From: an uncultured Planctomycetota bacterium
Lineage (GTDB): Bacteria > Planctomycetota > Planctomycetia > Pirellulales > Lacipirellulaceae
Assembly: GCA_963719315.1 (NCBI GenBank)
Contig: CAVRBU010000002.1
Span: forward strand, 512,001 to 576,000
Direction: 5' to 3'
DNA length: 64,000 nt
Part shown: positions 1 through 10,166 of the stretch, piece by piece
Position numbering within the stretch: position 1 is the stretch's first letter
Layout: each line of letters opens with the position of its first letter
The notes under the pieces: model-generated
Seen by the model: only the letters and a program-made list of their open reading frames with translations
Database searches by the model: none
What the model was told of the DNA's origin: nothing
Program-made: the position numbers and the translations under genes

Positions 1-698
1 TAAGGATGCCAGAGGATGATGTCCGCCTCGATACCGAGTTTCTGCAGGTCGCGAATCCGTTGTTCGAAATGATGCCAGAACGCCGGGTCAGGTTGATCGA
101 AATCAAACGCACCGTCCGCCCGCTTCTTGAACGCAAACAAATCCGGCTCGTTTTGGTTATAGGAGTAGCTCTTGGGAAACACGCAGAACCGGATCTTGTT
201 AAACGGCGAAGCGGCGAGGGTCTTGAGCGTTTGCTCCTGAAGGTCCGACGTTTGATGCACCCAGGCGTAACACGTCGTCCCGAACTGGTGATACGGCGTG
301 CCGTCGGCATAGCGCAAGTAAAAAGTCTTGAAGACCTTGATCGGACCATGGTTGTCATCGGACGGTTTTGCGGCAGTAAAAGACCCTCGTTTCCCGTTTA
401 ACTCAGGAACGTTGCTCGTCACCTCATAACTCCACTCGCCGGACTGTGGAGGCATAAAGCGAACTTTGTAACTCCCATATCCGTCGTAAAAGCCAGGAAC
501 GGTCACCCGCTTGCCAGCTCGGGCAAATTGGGCAGAAAGCTGTGTTTTTAGATAAGGTTGGCCCGATTGCGGGCCGTCAATCGTAACCTCGTAAGTGCCC
601 CATTGTTCCACCGCCGACGCTCTGACGGCGATGAGTCCGGCAACTAATGCGGCCAGCGTCAATGCTATTACACGGACGATGGATTTGACGGTCTTCAT
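1..698 (-). CDS. Secreted DUF5060/DUF4038-type (apiosidase-like, putative glycoside hydrolase) protein, 3' end runs off the window
   Basis: Not in the ORF track. Manual minus-strand translation from ATG 698: MKTVKSIVRVIALTLAALVAGLIAVRASAVEQWGTYEV...PGFYDG..YKVRFMP...NHGPIKV...YADGTPYHQFGTTCYAW...PFNKIRFCVFPK; signal peptide plus family-typical motifs. Confidence 0.7.
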   Translation of the reverse strand, partial: MKTVKSIVRVIALTLAALVAGLIAVRASAVEQWGTYEVTIDGPQSGQPYLKTQLSAQFARAGKRVTVPGFYDGYGSYKVRFMPPQSGEWSYEVTSNVPELNGKRGSFTAAKPSDDNHGPIKVFKTFYLRYADGTPYHQFGTTCYAWVHQTSDLQEQTLKTLAASPFNKIRFCVFPKSYSYNQNEPDLFAFKKRADGAFDFDQPDPAFWHHFEQRIRDLQKLGIEADIILWHP

Positions 699-869
699 AG
701 ATTCTCAATCAGCACGCGCCGGTTTATTCCCACTGCTCCAGTCGCCGACAAGTGGGCTGTGCCGGACGTGTCCAAAAGATTGAACCGGCATTGCCAAGTC
801 TTGCCGCCAACGCTGGGATTTCAGCGAGCTGCGGAGTCGTGGAGGCGGTAATTACAATTCATTGAAGGT

Positions 870-1880
870 TCACCCTCCGATTTGATACATCGCCCGTTCG
901 GGGCGGACGAATTCGACGGTTCCGATTCCGTGGGCCGGCGCTTTGGCGCGGATGCAGTCGCGGACGAGGTCGGCCAATTCGTCGTCGCTGCCGTCGCTGC
1001 GAAGGATGGCGCGGGCATCCCATTCAGCGGTGGAGAACAGGCAATTTCGCACCTGGCCCTCGGCGGTTAGTCGTAAGCGGTCGCACGCGCTGCAGAACGG
1101 TTGCGACACGGGCTGAATCAGCCCGATCCGGACGCAGCCGTCCGCGTATGCGAAATCGGTTGCGGCTTGGCCGGGGTGGCTGCGGCCGACCGGGCGGAGC
1201 GGTCCGAATTCAGCTTCCAAAATCTCGCGGATTGCTTCGCCGTCGAGCACGTCTGCGGCTTGCCAGTGCTGTTCGGCGTCGAGCGGCATGTATTCGATGA
1301 ATCGCAGTTCGAGGCTGCGGTCGCGGGCGAAGCGGGCGAGGGGGATGATTTCGTCTTCGGTGAGGCCCTGGATGGCGATGGCGTTGAGGCGAATCTGATC
1401 GAAGCCGACCTGCTGGGCAGCGGCAATGCCGGCGAGTACGCGGTCGAGGCCTTCGCGGCGCGAGATCTTCTGAAATGTTTCCTCGCTCAATGTGTCGAGG
1501 CTGATGTTGAGGCGTTGAAGACCGGCGGAGCGTAGCTCTGCCGCTTGGTCGGCGAGCAGGATGCCGTTCGTGGTGAGCGCCAAGTCGTCGATGCCCGGGA
1601 GGTCGGCGAGCATTTTCACCAGGCGGGGCAAATTGGCGCGCACGAGTGGTTCGCCGCCAGTCAGCCGCAGCCGCCGTACGCCCATTTGGGATACGACACT
1701 TACGAACCGCGTGATTTCCTCGAACGTGAGGATTTCATCTCGCGGGCGGAAGCGGACGTTTTCGTTCGGCATGCAGTAGAAGCAGCGAATGTTGCAGCGA
1801 TCGGTAACGCTGATCCGCAGGCTGGTGTGCGTGCGGCCAAGTGTGTCGGTCAGCGGGGATGTGTTGGTGATTGTGGTCAT
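870..1880 (-). CDS. moaA: GTP 3',8-cyclase MoaA (radical SAM)
   Basis: LRISVTDRCNIRCFYCMP, LTGGEP, C-terminal FCSACDRLRLTAEG..C and MYQIGG end. Confidence 0.97.
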   Translation of the reverse strand: MTTITNTSPLTDTLGRTHTSLRISVTDRCNIRCFYCMPNENVRFRPRDEILTFEEITRFVSVVSQMGVRRLRLTGGEPLVRANLPRLVKMLADLPGIDDLALTTNGILLADQAAELRSAGLQRLNISLDTLSEETFQKISRREGLDRVLAGIAAAQQVGFDQIRLNAIAIQGLTEDEIIPLARFARDRSLELRFIEYMPLDAEQHWQAADVLDGEAIREILEAEFGPLRPVGRSHPGQAATDFAYADGCVRIGLIQPVSQPFCSACDRLRLTAEGQVRNCLFSTAEWDARAILRSDGSDDELADLVRDCIRAKAPAHGIGTVEFVRPERAMYQIGG

Positions 1881-1914
1881 CCGTGTGTCCGCGATCAGCG
1901 GTCGCGGCTTTATG

Positions 1915-2328
1915 TCATATTCCGGGGTGAACCCACTCCGACGTGCCGTCCGCCCATTGTTCGTGTTTCCAGATCGGCACGTCCTTCTTGAGCGAATCGA
2001 TCAGCCACTGGCCTGCGGCGAACGCGTCGCTGCGGTGAGGTGTGCTGACGGCGATCGCCACGCTCGATTCGGTGGGCGGCACCGTGCCGAGGCGATGTTT
2101 AATGATACATTCTAGCACCGGCCAACGTCTGCGGGCCTCGTTTTCCAGCTCGGCGAGTCGGCGTTCTGCCATTTCGAGGTAGGCCTCGTAGCTCAACGCT
2201 ACGGTTTGCCTGCCTTTCGTCAGCTCGCGCGTTGTGCCGAGGAACAGGACAATCGCGCCGGCTTCGGGGTGCCGGGCGCGATCGACGAGCTCCGCGGTGT
2301 CGATGGGCTGGTCGGTGAGTTCGATCAT
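1915..2328 (-). CDS. moaE: Molybdopterin synthase catalytic subunit
   Basis: GAIVLFLGTTR, L.YEAY, HRLG, S.PHR..AF, LK..VPIWK motifs; next to moaA and moaD. Confidence 0.95.
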   Translation of the reverse strand: MIELTDQPIDTAELVDRARHPEAGAIVLFLGTTRELTKGRQTVALSYEAYLEMAERRLAELENEARRRWPVLECIIKHRLGTVPPTESSVAIAVSTPHRSDAFAAGQWLIDSLKKDVPIWKHEQWADGTSEWVHPGI

Positions 2329-2364
2329 GCTGGCGGGGGGATAAAGATTATCACGCGCGAATAT

Positions 2365-2610
2365 TCAGCCGCCACTTACTGGAGGAATCATTGCGACATC
2401 GGAATTCTCAGTGAGTTGCTCATCGCCGTTGACATATTCGGAACCGATTGCCCACTGCGAGTGTGGCACGATCTTCGTCAGCGCGGGAAGCGATTCGACG
2501 ACGGCCTGCCGCAGGTCAGCGATGGTGGAACCGTTTGGTAAATCCATCGAAAGGGCGTCGCAACCGGCCAGCTCTTTCGCAACCGCGAATAATTTCACAC
2601 GCACAATCAT
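2365..2610 (-). CDS. moaD: Molybdopterin synthase sulfur carrier subunit
   Basis: 81 aa, VKLFA start, PPVSGG C-terminus. Confidence 0.95.
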   Translation of the reverse strand: MIVRVKLFAVAKELAGCDALSMDLPNGSTIADLRQAVVESLPALTKIVPHSQWAIGSEYVNGDEQLTENSDVAMIPPVSGG

Positions 2611-5606
2611 GTTACTACCAAACCGGAGCCGCTGGAGCGGACGAGCGTGTCGATTTTGGGCATCAGGCCGTAGGCCAACGCCAGCAATTTGATGGGGTGG
2701 ACGGTCGGCTTCCGAGAGCCCTGCTCCATTTGCATTTTACAGGTGCTGCATTCGGTCGAGCCGATTTGAAACGAGCCATCGCGAACGGTGGAAATCAGTT
2801 CGATGCCCGCCCGCAGACTGGCGCGGTAATTCTTCTGGCTGACGCCCCACAAGCCGGCGATGCCACTGCACCCCTTTTCTAGGCGGCGGACGCGAATGCC
2901 GGGCACGAGCCGCAGCAAGTTTTCTGCCGGGGCGCCGACTCCGAGCGCCCGCAAGTGGCACGGCACATGGTAACCAACGGAAATCCGCTGTGGTTGGAAA
3001 TTCAGCTTCAGCCGGCCACGAAGATGCAATTGCCACAAATAGTGGCAAGCTTCCTGCGTGTGCTGTGCGACGGCGAGGGCGTCTTCGTCGTTGTCGAGCA
3101 GCGTGGGATATTCGTGCGTGAGCGCGAGCACCGCGGAGGGCTCGGTGGCGACGATCGTATAACCTTGCCGGACCGATTCGGCCAGCATAGCAACGTTCTG
3201 GGCGGCGACGGCGCGGGCCGGTTCCAGGACGCCGGCGGCGATCATCGGCATGCCGGCCTGCAATTGATCGTTGCGGACGTATACGGCGACGCCGTTGTGC
3301 CGCATCACGGCGACGAGCGCTTCGCCCAATTGCGTGTCGAAATGGTTGGCGTAGGTATCGACGAAGTACACGATCTTCTCGGCGGAGGTCCGCGGCGGAT
3401 GATGGAGCCGCCGCAGGGCCGCTTGTTGGATGAAACTGCGGCGGGCGAGGCGCGGCAGCTTGCGGGCTTGGGCGATGCCGGTCGCCTTCTCCAGGAGCCA
3501 GCGCGCTTGCGGATTGGAAATCGCCCAATTCGCGATGCCGGGCAAACGACCGGCGAGTGACGCCAACAGGTCGATCCGTGTGAGCAGCCAATCGTGCTGC
3601 GACTGTCCGTTGGTCGCCACATACGCGGCTTTGGCTTCGACCATGAGCTTGGGAATATCGACATTCGCCGGGCACTCCAGCCGGCACATGTGGCAGTGAA
3701 CGCACAGGTCGGCCACTTCCTTGCACACATCCTGCAACAGCGTGTCTTCGGGCAGTTGGCCGGCGAGTAAGCCGCGTACCAGATTCGCTTTGGCCCGCGG
3801 CGACGCTTCCTCGCGCGTGTTCATCCGATTGATCGGGCACATGCGAACTTCGGGCGACGTCGAGCGGCAGGCGCCGCAGCCGTTACACGCGCGGGCCGCC
3901 GCGGCCATGTCGGCTTCGGTCCAAGCGAGTTGGAGTTCGATCGGCCGAAGAGTGAGGCCTTTTTCGGCGGGTGCGGGATCGGTTGCCGGCGCCGGTGCGG
4001 CCGAAAGCCGGTTGCCGGACGGTCGCATGTGCTGCGTGATGCGGGCCGGGGCGATCGGAACTTTCTTGCCCGGATTCAATAGACCGTGGGGATCGAAAAT
4101 CCGTTTCAACTCGCGAAACACGTTGACGAGCGGGCCATACTGCCGGGCCAGAAATGGCGTGCGGCTCAAGCCATCGGCGTGTTCGCCGCTGATCGTGCCA
4201 CGCAAGAGCCACACGCGCTCGTATAGCTCGGCGGCAAGTTCTTCCATCGTGCGGACATCGTCGGCATTCGAGAGATCGAGAAATGGACGAATATGCAACT
4301 GGCCTTGCGCGGCGTGGCCAAAGACCGACGCCGTTACTTGCAACCGCTTGAGCGTGTCTTGCAAATGCCGCAGAAAGATCGGCAGACCCTCCACCGGCAC
4401 TGCGATATCTTCGATACAGGGCGTCGGGCGGCTCGCGCCTTGCGTGCGATACAGCGTCGGCACAAATCGCTGGGCCAGTCCCCAATAAAGCTGGAAATCG
4501 GTTTCGTCTTCGGAGGTAAAGGAAACGGCAGCCAGGCCTGCTTTGATTTGAATCAGGTCTACGAGGTGATCGAACTTCGAATGCAATTCGTCGCGGCTGT
4601 CCGCGTGGAACTCGACGAGCAGCATCGCCTCGGTTTCGCCGGGGATCAACAGCTCGTAGCGAACGTCCGTCTCGCGGGCCAGGCTGAGGTGGCGACGGTC
4701 CATGAGATCGCAAGCGGCGGGGCTGAGCCGCGCGATTTCAAGCGCGGCGTGAGCGGCCTTGTCCAAGCTTTCGAAGAGCAAGAGTACGCAGCCGCGCTGG
4801 GCAGGCAGCGGATCGACTGTAACTGTGGCCTCGGTAATCAGGGCGAGCGTCCCTTCGCTTCCCACGAGCAACCGGGCCAGATCGAGGCGACCGCCAGACA
4901 GCACATCATCCAAACGATATCCGCTGCGATTCACGGCGCTGAGCGGGCAGCGATCCTCGATCGTGCGCTTGTGACGCTCGATGAGGCCGGCCACCGATTG
5001 CACGAGGTGCTGCAGTTGGTCATCGTCGCCGGTGGAAAGCGTCTCGCCGTTGTTCGTTGGGGCGATTGGGTGGCGGCCGGCGCGGTGGACGGTTCCGTCG
5101 GCCAACACGATTTGCAATTCCTCGACGTGCCGGCGAGCCGAGCCGTATCGCGGCCAGTGGCTGCCGCCGGAGTCGATCGCGATGACGCTGCCCATAGTCG
5201 TCACGCTGCGCATCGCCGGATCGGGGCCAAACAGCCTGCCGGTGCGGCCCAAATAACGATTCAGCGATTCGTGTACGAGACCGGGCTGAACTCGAACACG
5301 GCTGCCCTCGTCGGCCACGACGCGGCGAAAGTACCGTGAGAAGTCCATCACGAGACCGCGCCCGAGCGACTCGCCGGCCAAACCGGAACCGGCGCCCCGG
5401 GCATGTATTGAGAACTGGTTGTCCGCGGCGTAGCGCACCGTGGCGACGACATCGGCTACGCTGCGGGGCCGCACGACGCCCAGCGGCCGGAGCTCGTAGA
5501 TGCTGGCATCGCTCGCGTAGAGCTGAGTGAATACGTCGTCGCAGCGGACTTCGCCTTGCAGCAGACCGCGAAGATCTTCCTCGATTCGCTGCTGATCTGT
5601 ATCCAT
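2607..5606 (-). CDS. FAD-linked oxidase fused to Fe-S/CCG domains (GlcD-GlcF/YdiJ-like)
   Basis: YASDAS, RGAGSGLAG, GSEGTL, ISGEHADG, LNPGK, CNGCGAC, CVHCHMCRLECP and CCG-like motifs. Start set at MDTDQQ because the upstream part of the ORF is repeat-derived. Confidence 0.88.
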   Translation of the reverse strand: MDTDQQRIEEDLRGLLQGEVRCDDVFTQLYASDASIYELRPLGVVRPRSVADVVATVRYAADNQFSIHARGAGSGLAGESLGRGLVMDFSRYFRRVVADEGSRVRVQPGLVHESLNRYLGRTGRLFGPDPAMRSVTTMGSVIAIDSGGSHWPRYGSARRHVEELQIVLADGTVHRAGRHPIAPTNNGETLSTGDDDQLQHLVQSVAGLIERHKRTIEDRCPLSAVNRSGYRLDDVLSGGRLDLARLLVGSEGTLALITEATVTVDPLPAQRGCVLLLFESLDKAAHAALEIARLSPAACDLMDRRHLSLARETDVRYELLIPGETEAMLLVEFHADSRDELHSKFDHLVDLIQIKAGLAAVSFTSEDETDFQLYWGLAQRFVPTLYRTQGASRPTPCIEDIAVPVEGLPIFLRHLQDTLKRLQVTASVFGHAAQGQLHIRPFLDLSNADDVRTMEELAAELYERVWLLRGTISGEHADGLSRTPFLARQYGPLVNVFRELKRIFDPHGLLNPGKKVPIAPARITQHMRPSGNRLSAAPAPATDPAPAEKGLTLRPIELQLAWTEADMAAAARACNGCGACRSTSPEVRMCPINRMNTREEASPRAKANLVRGLLAGQLPEDTLLQDVCKEVADLCVHCHMCRLECPANVDIPKLMVEAKAAYVATNGQSQHDWLLTRIDLLASLAGRLPGIANWAISNPQARWLLEKATGIAQARKLPRLARRSFIQQAALRRLHHPPRTSAEKIVYFVDTYANHFDTQLGEALVAVMRHNGVAVYVRNDQLQAGMPMIAAGVLEPARAVAAQNVAMLAESVRQGYTIVATEPSAVLALTHEYPTLLDNDEDALAVAQHTQEACHYLWQLHLRGRLKLNFQPQRISVGYHVPCHLRALGVGAPAENLLRLVPGIRVRRLEKGCSGIAGLWGVSQKNYRASLRAGIELISTVRDGSFQIGSTECSTCKMQMEQGSRKPTVHPIKLLALAYGLMPKIDTLVRSSGSGLVVT

Positions 5607-5615
5607 GAACGATGA

Positions 5616-5689
5616 GATTGCGGGTTGCGAATTTCGGATTTCAGATTGGAGGATATCAATCCGCAATCCGCGATCCGCAATCCGCAATC
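5616..5689. repeat. Inverted repeat with 7-nt periodic arms (GATTGCG / CGCAATC)
   Basis: gattgcgggttgcgaatttcggatt ... aatccgcaatccgcgatccgcaatccgcaatc. Confidence 0.85.
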
Positions 5690-5708
5690 AAAACTGGAAG
5701 AGCGATGG

Positions 5709-6191
5709 TCATGTGATTTGTGCCGGCTCGACAAGCCGTTCCTTCATGCGGGCCGCCATTTGCCGGTAGCGTTCGTGCGTATCGAGGTCGAAGCCGCCGT
5801 GGATTTCGATTTCTTCGAAGCCGCGATACTGTGCCCCACAGCGATAACACGTGAGCGATTCGCCCATCACGATGTACAGCACGAGGTCCACGAGCGCCGT
5901 GGCAAACAAGATCGCGAACGTCCAAAACACCCGATAGTTGGCCCAGGCGATGCTGCTGCCGACGAAGCCCAGGACAACCAGTGCCACGCCAAGCCGCTGC
6001 GGGAAATCTTTGCGGGCATATAGATCAATGCTGGGGCATACCAGGCACCGCTGCAGGCGCTTGCCGTTGATGGCTTTTGGCGGAATAGCGATTTGGTGGT
6101 GACAATGCGGGCAGTCGAGCGTGGCAGACGCGGCCGAGATTTGTTCTCGAGCAGCTTGCTGACAGGCCGGGCAATGGTACGCGACGTTCAT
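5709..6191 (-). CDS. Hypothetical membrane protein with CxxC zinc-ribbon motifs
   Basis: MNVAYHCPACQ..CPHCH..CLVC, two hydrophobic helices, CYRC. Confidence 0.75.
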   Translation of the reverse strand: MNVAYHCPACQQAAREQISAASATLDCPHCHHQIAIPPKAINGKRLQRCLVCPSIDLYARKDFPQRLGVALVVLGFVGSSIAWANYRVFWTFAILFATALVDLVLYIVMGESLTCYRCGAQYRGFEEIEIHGGFDLDTHERYRQMAARMKERLVEPAQIT

Positions 6192-6253
6192 GGAATTGGA
6201 GCTAAGCCGCAAGCGGCGGAGTGAGCAAATGAGGGCCGTTGGACAACGGTTAA

Positions 6254-6985
6254 TTATAAGGGAAACGCGGACTCGGCCGACAGTAGCAGGCCCGTCAATT
6301 CGCCGATGAATACACCGATTACGGCGACGTAGAGGATGCCGGTGGCGCTCTGCGTATTGGGGATTTTGAGAGTTTGCCACGCCATCCAGAGGAGACCAAG
6401 GACACCAAGCAAGCCGAACGACCAACGCAGCACGACGAATAGCAGCCAACCCAGATGCAAATCAGGTCGGACACCGACTTCGGCGACCAGCCCCGCCCCG
6501 ACGACGAGCATTTGGGCGACTACGGCGATCGCGGCCACAACCAGCAATCGCCGAAGCGGTCCAAGCTCCATTCCGGGCGCGTTGAGATACCAGTGGCCCA
6601 GGAGCATCGCGGCGAAGACGACGCCGAGAACGAGACCAGATGTGACCAGCGCCGTGGCGTGCACCCAGTCCATCGTCGTCGCCCCGAGCCAGGCAGCCGC
6701 CAGCGAGCAACCTGCTACAGTCACGATGAGCGCCATTCCCAGCCACGTAGCCTCATACAGCCAGACGGCAGCAGCGATGAAGCTGAGCACGGCCGCTGAG
6801 GTCGAAAACACGGCGGCCGTCATATGCGATTGAGCCAGTACCAGTGCCGCGAGCGTCGTCAGTCCTAGCGTCACATACAGGTGATTTCGATAGAAACCGC
6901 TAAATACTTTTTGCGGCGACGTGATCGCCATGCCGACGGCGAGACCGAAGGCGAGGCGAAGGAGGAATTGGGCGAGGATCTCCAT
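6254..6985 (-). CDS. Polytopic membrane protein (LLGHWYL motif; DmsC-like or hypothetical)
   Basis: About 8 hydrophobic segments, AMLLGHWYL, NTQSATGILYVA. Confidence 0.75.
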   Translation of the reverse strand: MEILAQFLLRLAFGLAVGMAITSPQKVFSGFYRNHLYVTLGLTTLAALVLAQSHMTAAVFSTSAAVLSFIAAAVWLYEATWLGMALIVTVAGCSLAAAWLGATTMDWVHATALVTSGLVLGVVFAAMLLGHWYLNAPGMELGPLRRLLVVAAIAVVAQMLVVGAGLVAEVGVRPDLHLGWLLFVVLRWSFGLLGVLGLLWMAWQTLKIPNTQSATGILYVAVIGVFIGELTGLLLSAESAFPL

Positions 6986-6991
6986 GAATTC

Positions 6992-7087
6992 AGACAAGGA
7001 GACAAGCAGAGGGGGAGACAAGGAGATTTGTCGGCAACGCTTCCCCTGGGTTTCTCCTTGTATCCTTGACTTCCCGTCTCCTTGTCT
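6992..7087. repeat. Inverted repeat with 8-nt periodic arms (GACAAGGA / TCCTTGTC)
   Basis: agacaaggagacaagcagagggggagacaaggaga ... tctccttgtatccttgacttcccgtctccttgtct; overlaps the folE stop codon. Confidence 0.85.
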
Positions 7088-7748
7088 ATCTTCGGTCGCC
7101 GTAGATCAGCGTCATCACTTCGGAGCGGCTCGAAAGGTTTGCGCGGAACGTGCCCTTCATCGCCGACGTGACGCAGATGCTGCCCGGCTTCCGCACGCCG
7201 CGAATCGTCATGCAGGAGTGCGTCGCCTCGATCACCACGGCCACGCCCTTTACGTCGAGCTCATCGATCAGCAAGTTGGCGATTTCCTCGGTCATCCGCT
7301 CTTGCACCTGTGGGCGGTGCGAGACGCTTTCCACGACTCGAGCCAGCTTGCTGAGGCCAACGACTTTGCCGTTGGGAATGTAGCCGATGTGGGCCACGCC
7401 GGTGAACGGGAGCAGATGATGCTCGCACATGCTGTTGAAGCTGATGTCCCGGACGAGCACCATCTCATCATACTTCTCGGAGAAGAACTTACGGAGGTGG
7501 AGTCGCGGCTCATCGTGTAGACCGGAGAACAACTCGGCGTACATTCGGGCAACGCGGGCAGGCGTTTCCTGCAAACCCTCGCGGTTCGGGTCCTCACCCA
7601 CGGCGGCCAGAATCTCGCGGACGGCGCGCTCGATCCTCGGTAGGTCGACTTGCGGCATCTGCGGCGCGCCGTTGCTCTCGGAAAGCTCGCCGGTAAGGCT
7701 GCCAAGATCGCTTGACCGGTCCGTAATTTGATTAGGCGATTTTGGCAT
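7086..7748 (-). CDS. folE: GTP cyclohydrolase I
   Basis: [47 protein letters not shown]. Confidence 0.97.
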   Translation of the reverse strand: MPKSPNQITDRSSDLGSLTGELSESNGAPQMPQVDLPRIERAVREILAAVGEDPNREGLQETPARVARMYAELFSGLHDEPRLHLRKFFSEKYDEMVLVRDISFNSMCEHHLLPFTGVAHIGYIPNGKVVGLSKLARVVESVSHRPQVQERMTEEIANLLIDELDVKGVAVVIEATHSCMTIRGVRKPGSICVTSAMKGTFRANLSSRSEVMTLIYGDRR

Positions 7749-7844
7749 CGAACCATGAACGCAACCTGGGAACCGTCGGCTGCGACAGTAAAAGTACGTG
7801 CGCCGAAAACATCAGTTAACGCGAAATATGCTGCAAGGGACCGG

Positions 7845-7891
7845 CACTGGCGTAGCCAGTGGCACCCGGTGGTGGGCGATGCCCACCCTAC
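7845..7891. repeat. Two adjacent REP-like palindromes
   Basis: cactggcgtagccagtggcacccgg (same family as 50949/51138) followed by ggtgggcgatgcccaccctac. Confidence 0.75.
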
Positions 7892-7925
7892 AAAAAATCA
7901 CTGCTTCAGAGCGAGAGGTCTACAC

Positions 7926-8660
7926 TCAATTGTCGCTGAAAGTTGGCGGGAAGACGAGTGGTGACGATGGTGATTTTCTGGACGGCGCGGTCGCGAGCTT
8001 TTTGACTTCGGCTAGCAAGATCTCGGCTCGACTCCGCACGCAACACTCGGCCAGCAGTTGCAGTTTCGTTTCCGGGCCGAGCGGCAGAGCATAGGCTGCC
8101 AGGTCGGTGAGCAGCCCCAGCGGCAGTTGACTGGAGAGCATGTTCTCCAACTGTTCGGGCAACTCGCAGGCACACGGCAGGTGGCTGCGAAACGCCGTCA
8201 GTAGCTCTTCCTGCACTCGCTTGCGGTCACAGGCGGAGTCGAAATCGTAGCAATCCTCGACGAGCTCCACGCGTGCCTGGCGGAACGAGCGGAGTGGGTC
8301 GAGCTCCTTAACGATCTGCACCCGCTGCACGCCGAGCAGCAACACGTTGTAGCGGCCATCTTCCAGACGGTGATGCGCGACCACTTTGCCCAGGCAGGCG
8401 TAATCGGAAATTGGCGGCCGGCTGTCGTAGTCGGTCTCCCAACCCGGTTCGAGCACGGCCATTGTGATCAGTTGATCGCCGGTGAGCGCGTCTTCCAGCA
8501 TTTCCCGATACCGCTCTTCGTAAATGTGCAGCGGTTGCATCACATGCGGGTAGAGCACCAAGTTGGGCAGCGGGAACAGTCGGACCAGGCCGGAAAACGT
8601 GCTGGCGTCGAAATCGAGCTCGGTGGCTTCCCAAGGTTTCATCGGATGATTACCTCTCAA
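7926..8660 (-). CDS. Stand-alone Lon N-terminal (substrate-binding) domain protein
   Basis: RLFPLPNLVLYP..PLHIYEERY..M, LEDGRYNVLL.G. Confidence 0.9.
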   Translation of the reverse strand: MRGNHPMKPWEATELDFDASTFSGLVRLFPLPNLVLYPHVMQPLHIYEERYREMLEDALTGDQLITMAVLEPGWETDYDSRPPISDYACLGKVVAHHRLEDGRYNVLLLGVQRVQIVKELDPLRSFRQARVELVEDCYDFDSACDRKRVQEELLTAFRSHLPCACELPEQLENMLSSQLPLGLLTDLAAYALPLGPETKLQLLAECCVRSRAEILLAEVKKLATAPSRKSPSSPLVFPPTFSDN

Positions 8661-9069
8661 TTTCGATCTGCGGCAATTCGACGGGCGGATCGAGCCAGAT
8701 TTCGGGGATGAGCTCGGGATTCAACTCAATCTGCGGAAATTGTTCATTCGTGGCCGCGACTTCGGCGAAACAGGCGTCGAACTCGGCCAGGAACTTGTCT
8801 ACATTCATCCCGACGCGCATCGGCCGGTATTGCTCCAAATAGCCGCGACTGCTGCCGTAAACCTTTCGGGCGCCGCGAATGTTGCCGTTGCCGAAATGGT
8901 GCAAGGCCACCGCAGCCTGAATTAACCCCTTATAAAACAGCCGCAATTCGCCGCTGTAACTCTTCCACAAATCCTCCCACACTTCGTGGGCCTCGAAAAA
9001 CTCGCAGGCATTGAAATATGCAATGCCCTGTAAATAAAGCGGATCGTACTCGTCCGCGGTGGTATCCAT
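8650..9069 (-). CDS. DUF309 family protein
   Basis: GIAYFN..EFFEAHEVWEDLW...YKGLIQAAVALHH..GN. Confidence 0.9.
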   Translation of the reverse strand: MDTTADEYDPLYLQGIAYFNACEFFEAHEVWEDLWKSYSGELRLFYKGLIQAAVALHHFGNGNIRGARKVYGSSRGYLEQYRPMRVGMNVDKFLAEFDACFAEVAATNEQFPQIELNPELIPEIWLDPPVELPQIEIER

Positions 9070-9116
9070 GGAACCTGCTCACGCGAGCACAACACGGCCG
9101 TGCCCGTGTGAAAAAC

Positions 9117-9890
9117 CTAGCGGCGGCTCGACATCGAGATCACAATTTGCAGGATGTACCAAAACAACAAGCCGACCGATGCGAACAGGGCCAGAGCCGC
9201 GGCCACATGTTGCTCAGTGCGGTAATGATGCAATACGTTCGAGGTGTCGTAGAGAATCGCACCGGCGGCGAAAACCACCAGCAGCATCGAGAATCCAGTC
9301 CCGAGATTCAGCAGGCCGAAAACTCCGAGTAGTATCGCGCCAAAGAATATCAATCCGGCGATACCCAAGATCGGGCCGAGGAAGGAGAAATCCTTACCGG
9401 TGAGAAACACCGTGGCTGTGAGAACTGCGAACACGGCCAGCGTGATTACGGCCGCAACGACAATCGGGCTGACCGTATAAGTGCCGATCGTCATCGCATA
9501 ATGATTCGCGATCCACAACAGCGGGCAGAGAATCACCGAAAACGCGAATACGTAAGTTATCAAACCGAAGTACTGCTTGCCGACGGACGCGTCGGAACTC
9601 GCCCAGGATTGGGCGATTCTGCTGATGACCATGTAACCACCAAACAATGCGAGCCAACCCCAACGCGCCGAAAACAGATTGGGGACCCAGTTATCAAGCT
9701 GATCTCCCAACGCTTGGAAATATAGGAACTCGAGCGCAACGAGGCCGTAAATGGCCGCCATCAAATGCACGTAAGTTCTACGGATGAACGACTTGCGGGC
9801 ATCCGCCGGCGCGTCGATTGCCAGACTTCCCAAACGAGCATACGGAGTGTTGGCTTGAAAATCGGCCGAATTCATCGGCAATCCCCTCAT
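9117..9890 (-). CDS. Bax inhibitor-1/YccA family membrane protein
   Basis: FIRRTY.HL, KDFSFL, ILYDTSNV, AALALFAS; 7 hydrophobic segments. Confidence 0.9.
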   Translation of the reverse strand: MRGLPMNSADFQANTPYARLGSLAIDAPADARKSFIRRTYVHLMAAIYGLVALEFLYFQALGDQLDNWVPNLFSARWGWLALFGGYMVISRIAQSWASSDASVGKQYFGLITYVFAFSVILCPLLWIANHYAMTIGTYTVSPIVVAAVITLAVFAVLTATVFLTGKDFSFLGPILGIAGLIFFGAILLGVFGLLNLGTGFSMLLVVFAAGAILYDTSNVLHHYRTEQHVAAALALFASVGLLFWYILQIVISMSSRR

Positions 9891-10166
9891 AAATGAGAAT
9901 AGTTGACGTGCGGGCCCCAGCTAACAATAAGCACAGGCAACTGAGTAAGTCTAGGTTTGGCAGCGGGTAAGGTCAAGATTTGAATGGAATTGAACCTCCC
10001 TCTAGGCGAATTTGCCATCGCTTGACAGCAGCCAGCCGGCGTCCACAATTGGCCAAAGAGAGACGCGGCCTAGCACGCTTAGGACTGATTGACCGGCCGC
10101 CTCATCGCTTTTATTGCTTCAACATCCAGCCTCGGCACGTGCGGCGCCGGGAGCGAGCTTTCGACG

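Noticed and set aside
6..401. 131-aa plus-strand ORF
   Set aside because: Antisense shadow of the minus-strand gene starting at 698.
5607..5687. N-terminal extension MRIADRGLRID... of the FAD oxidase
   Set aside because: Translation of the heptamer repeat; the real start is more likely ATG 5606. Similar repeat- or leader-derived extensions affect ORFs starting at 7021, 26403, 41529, 55394, 62025 and 62632.
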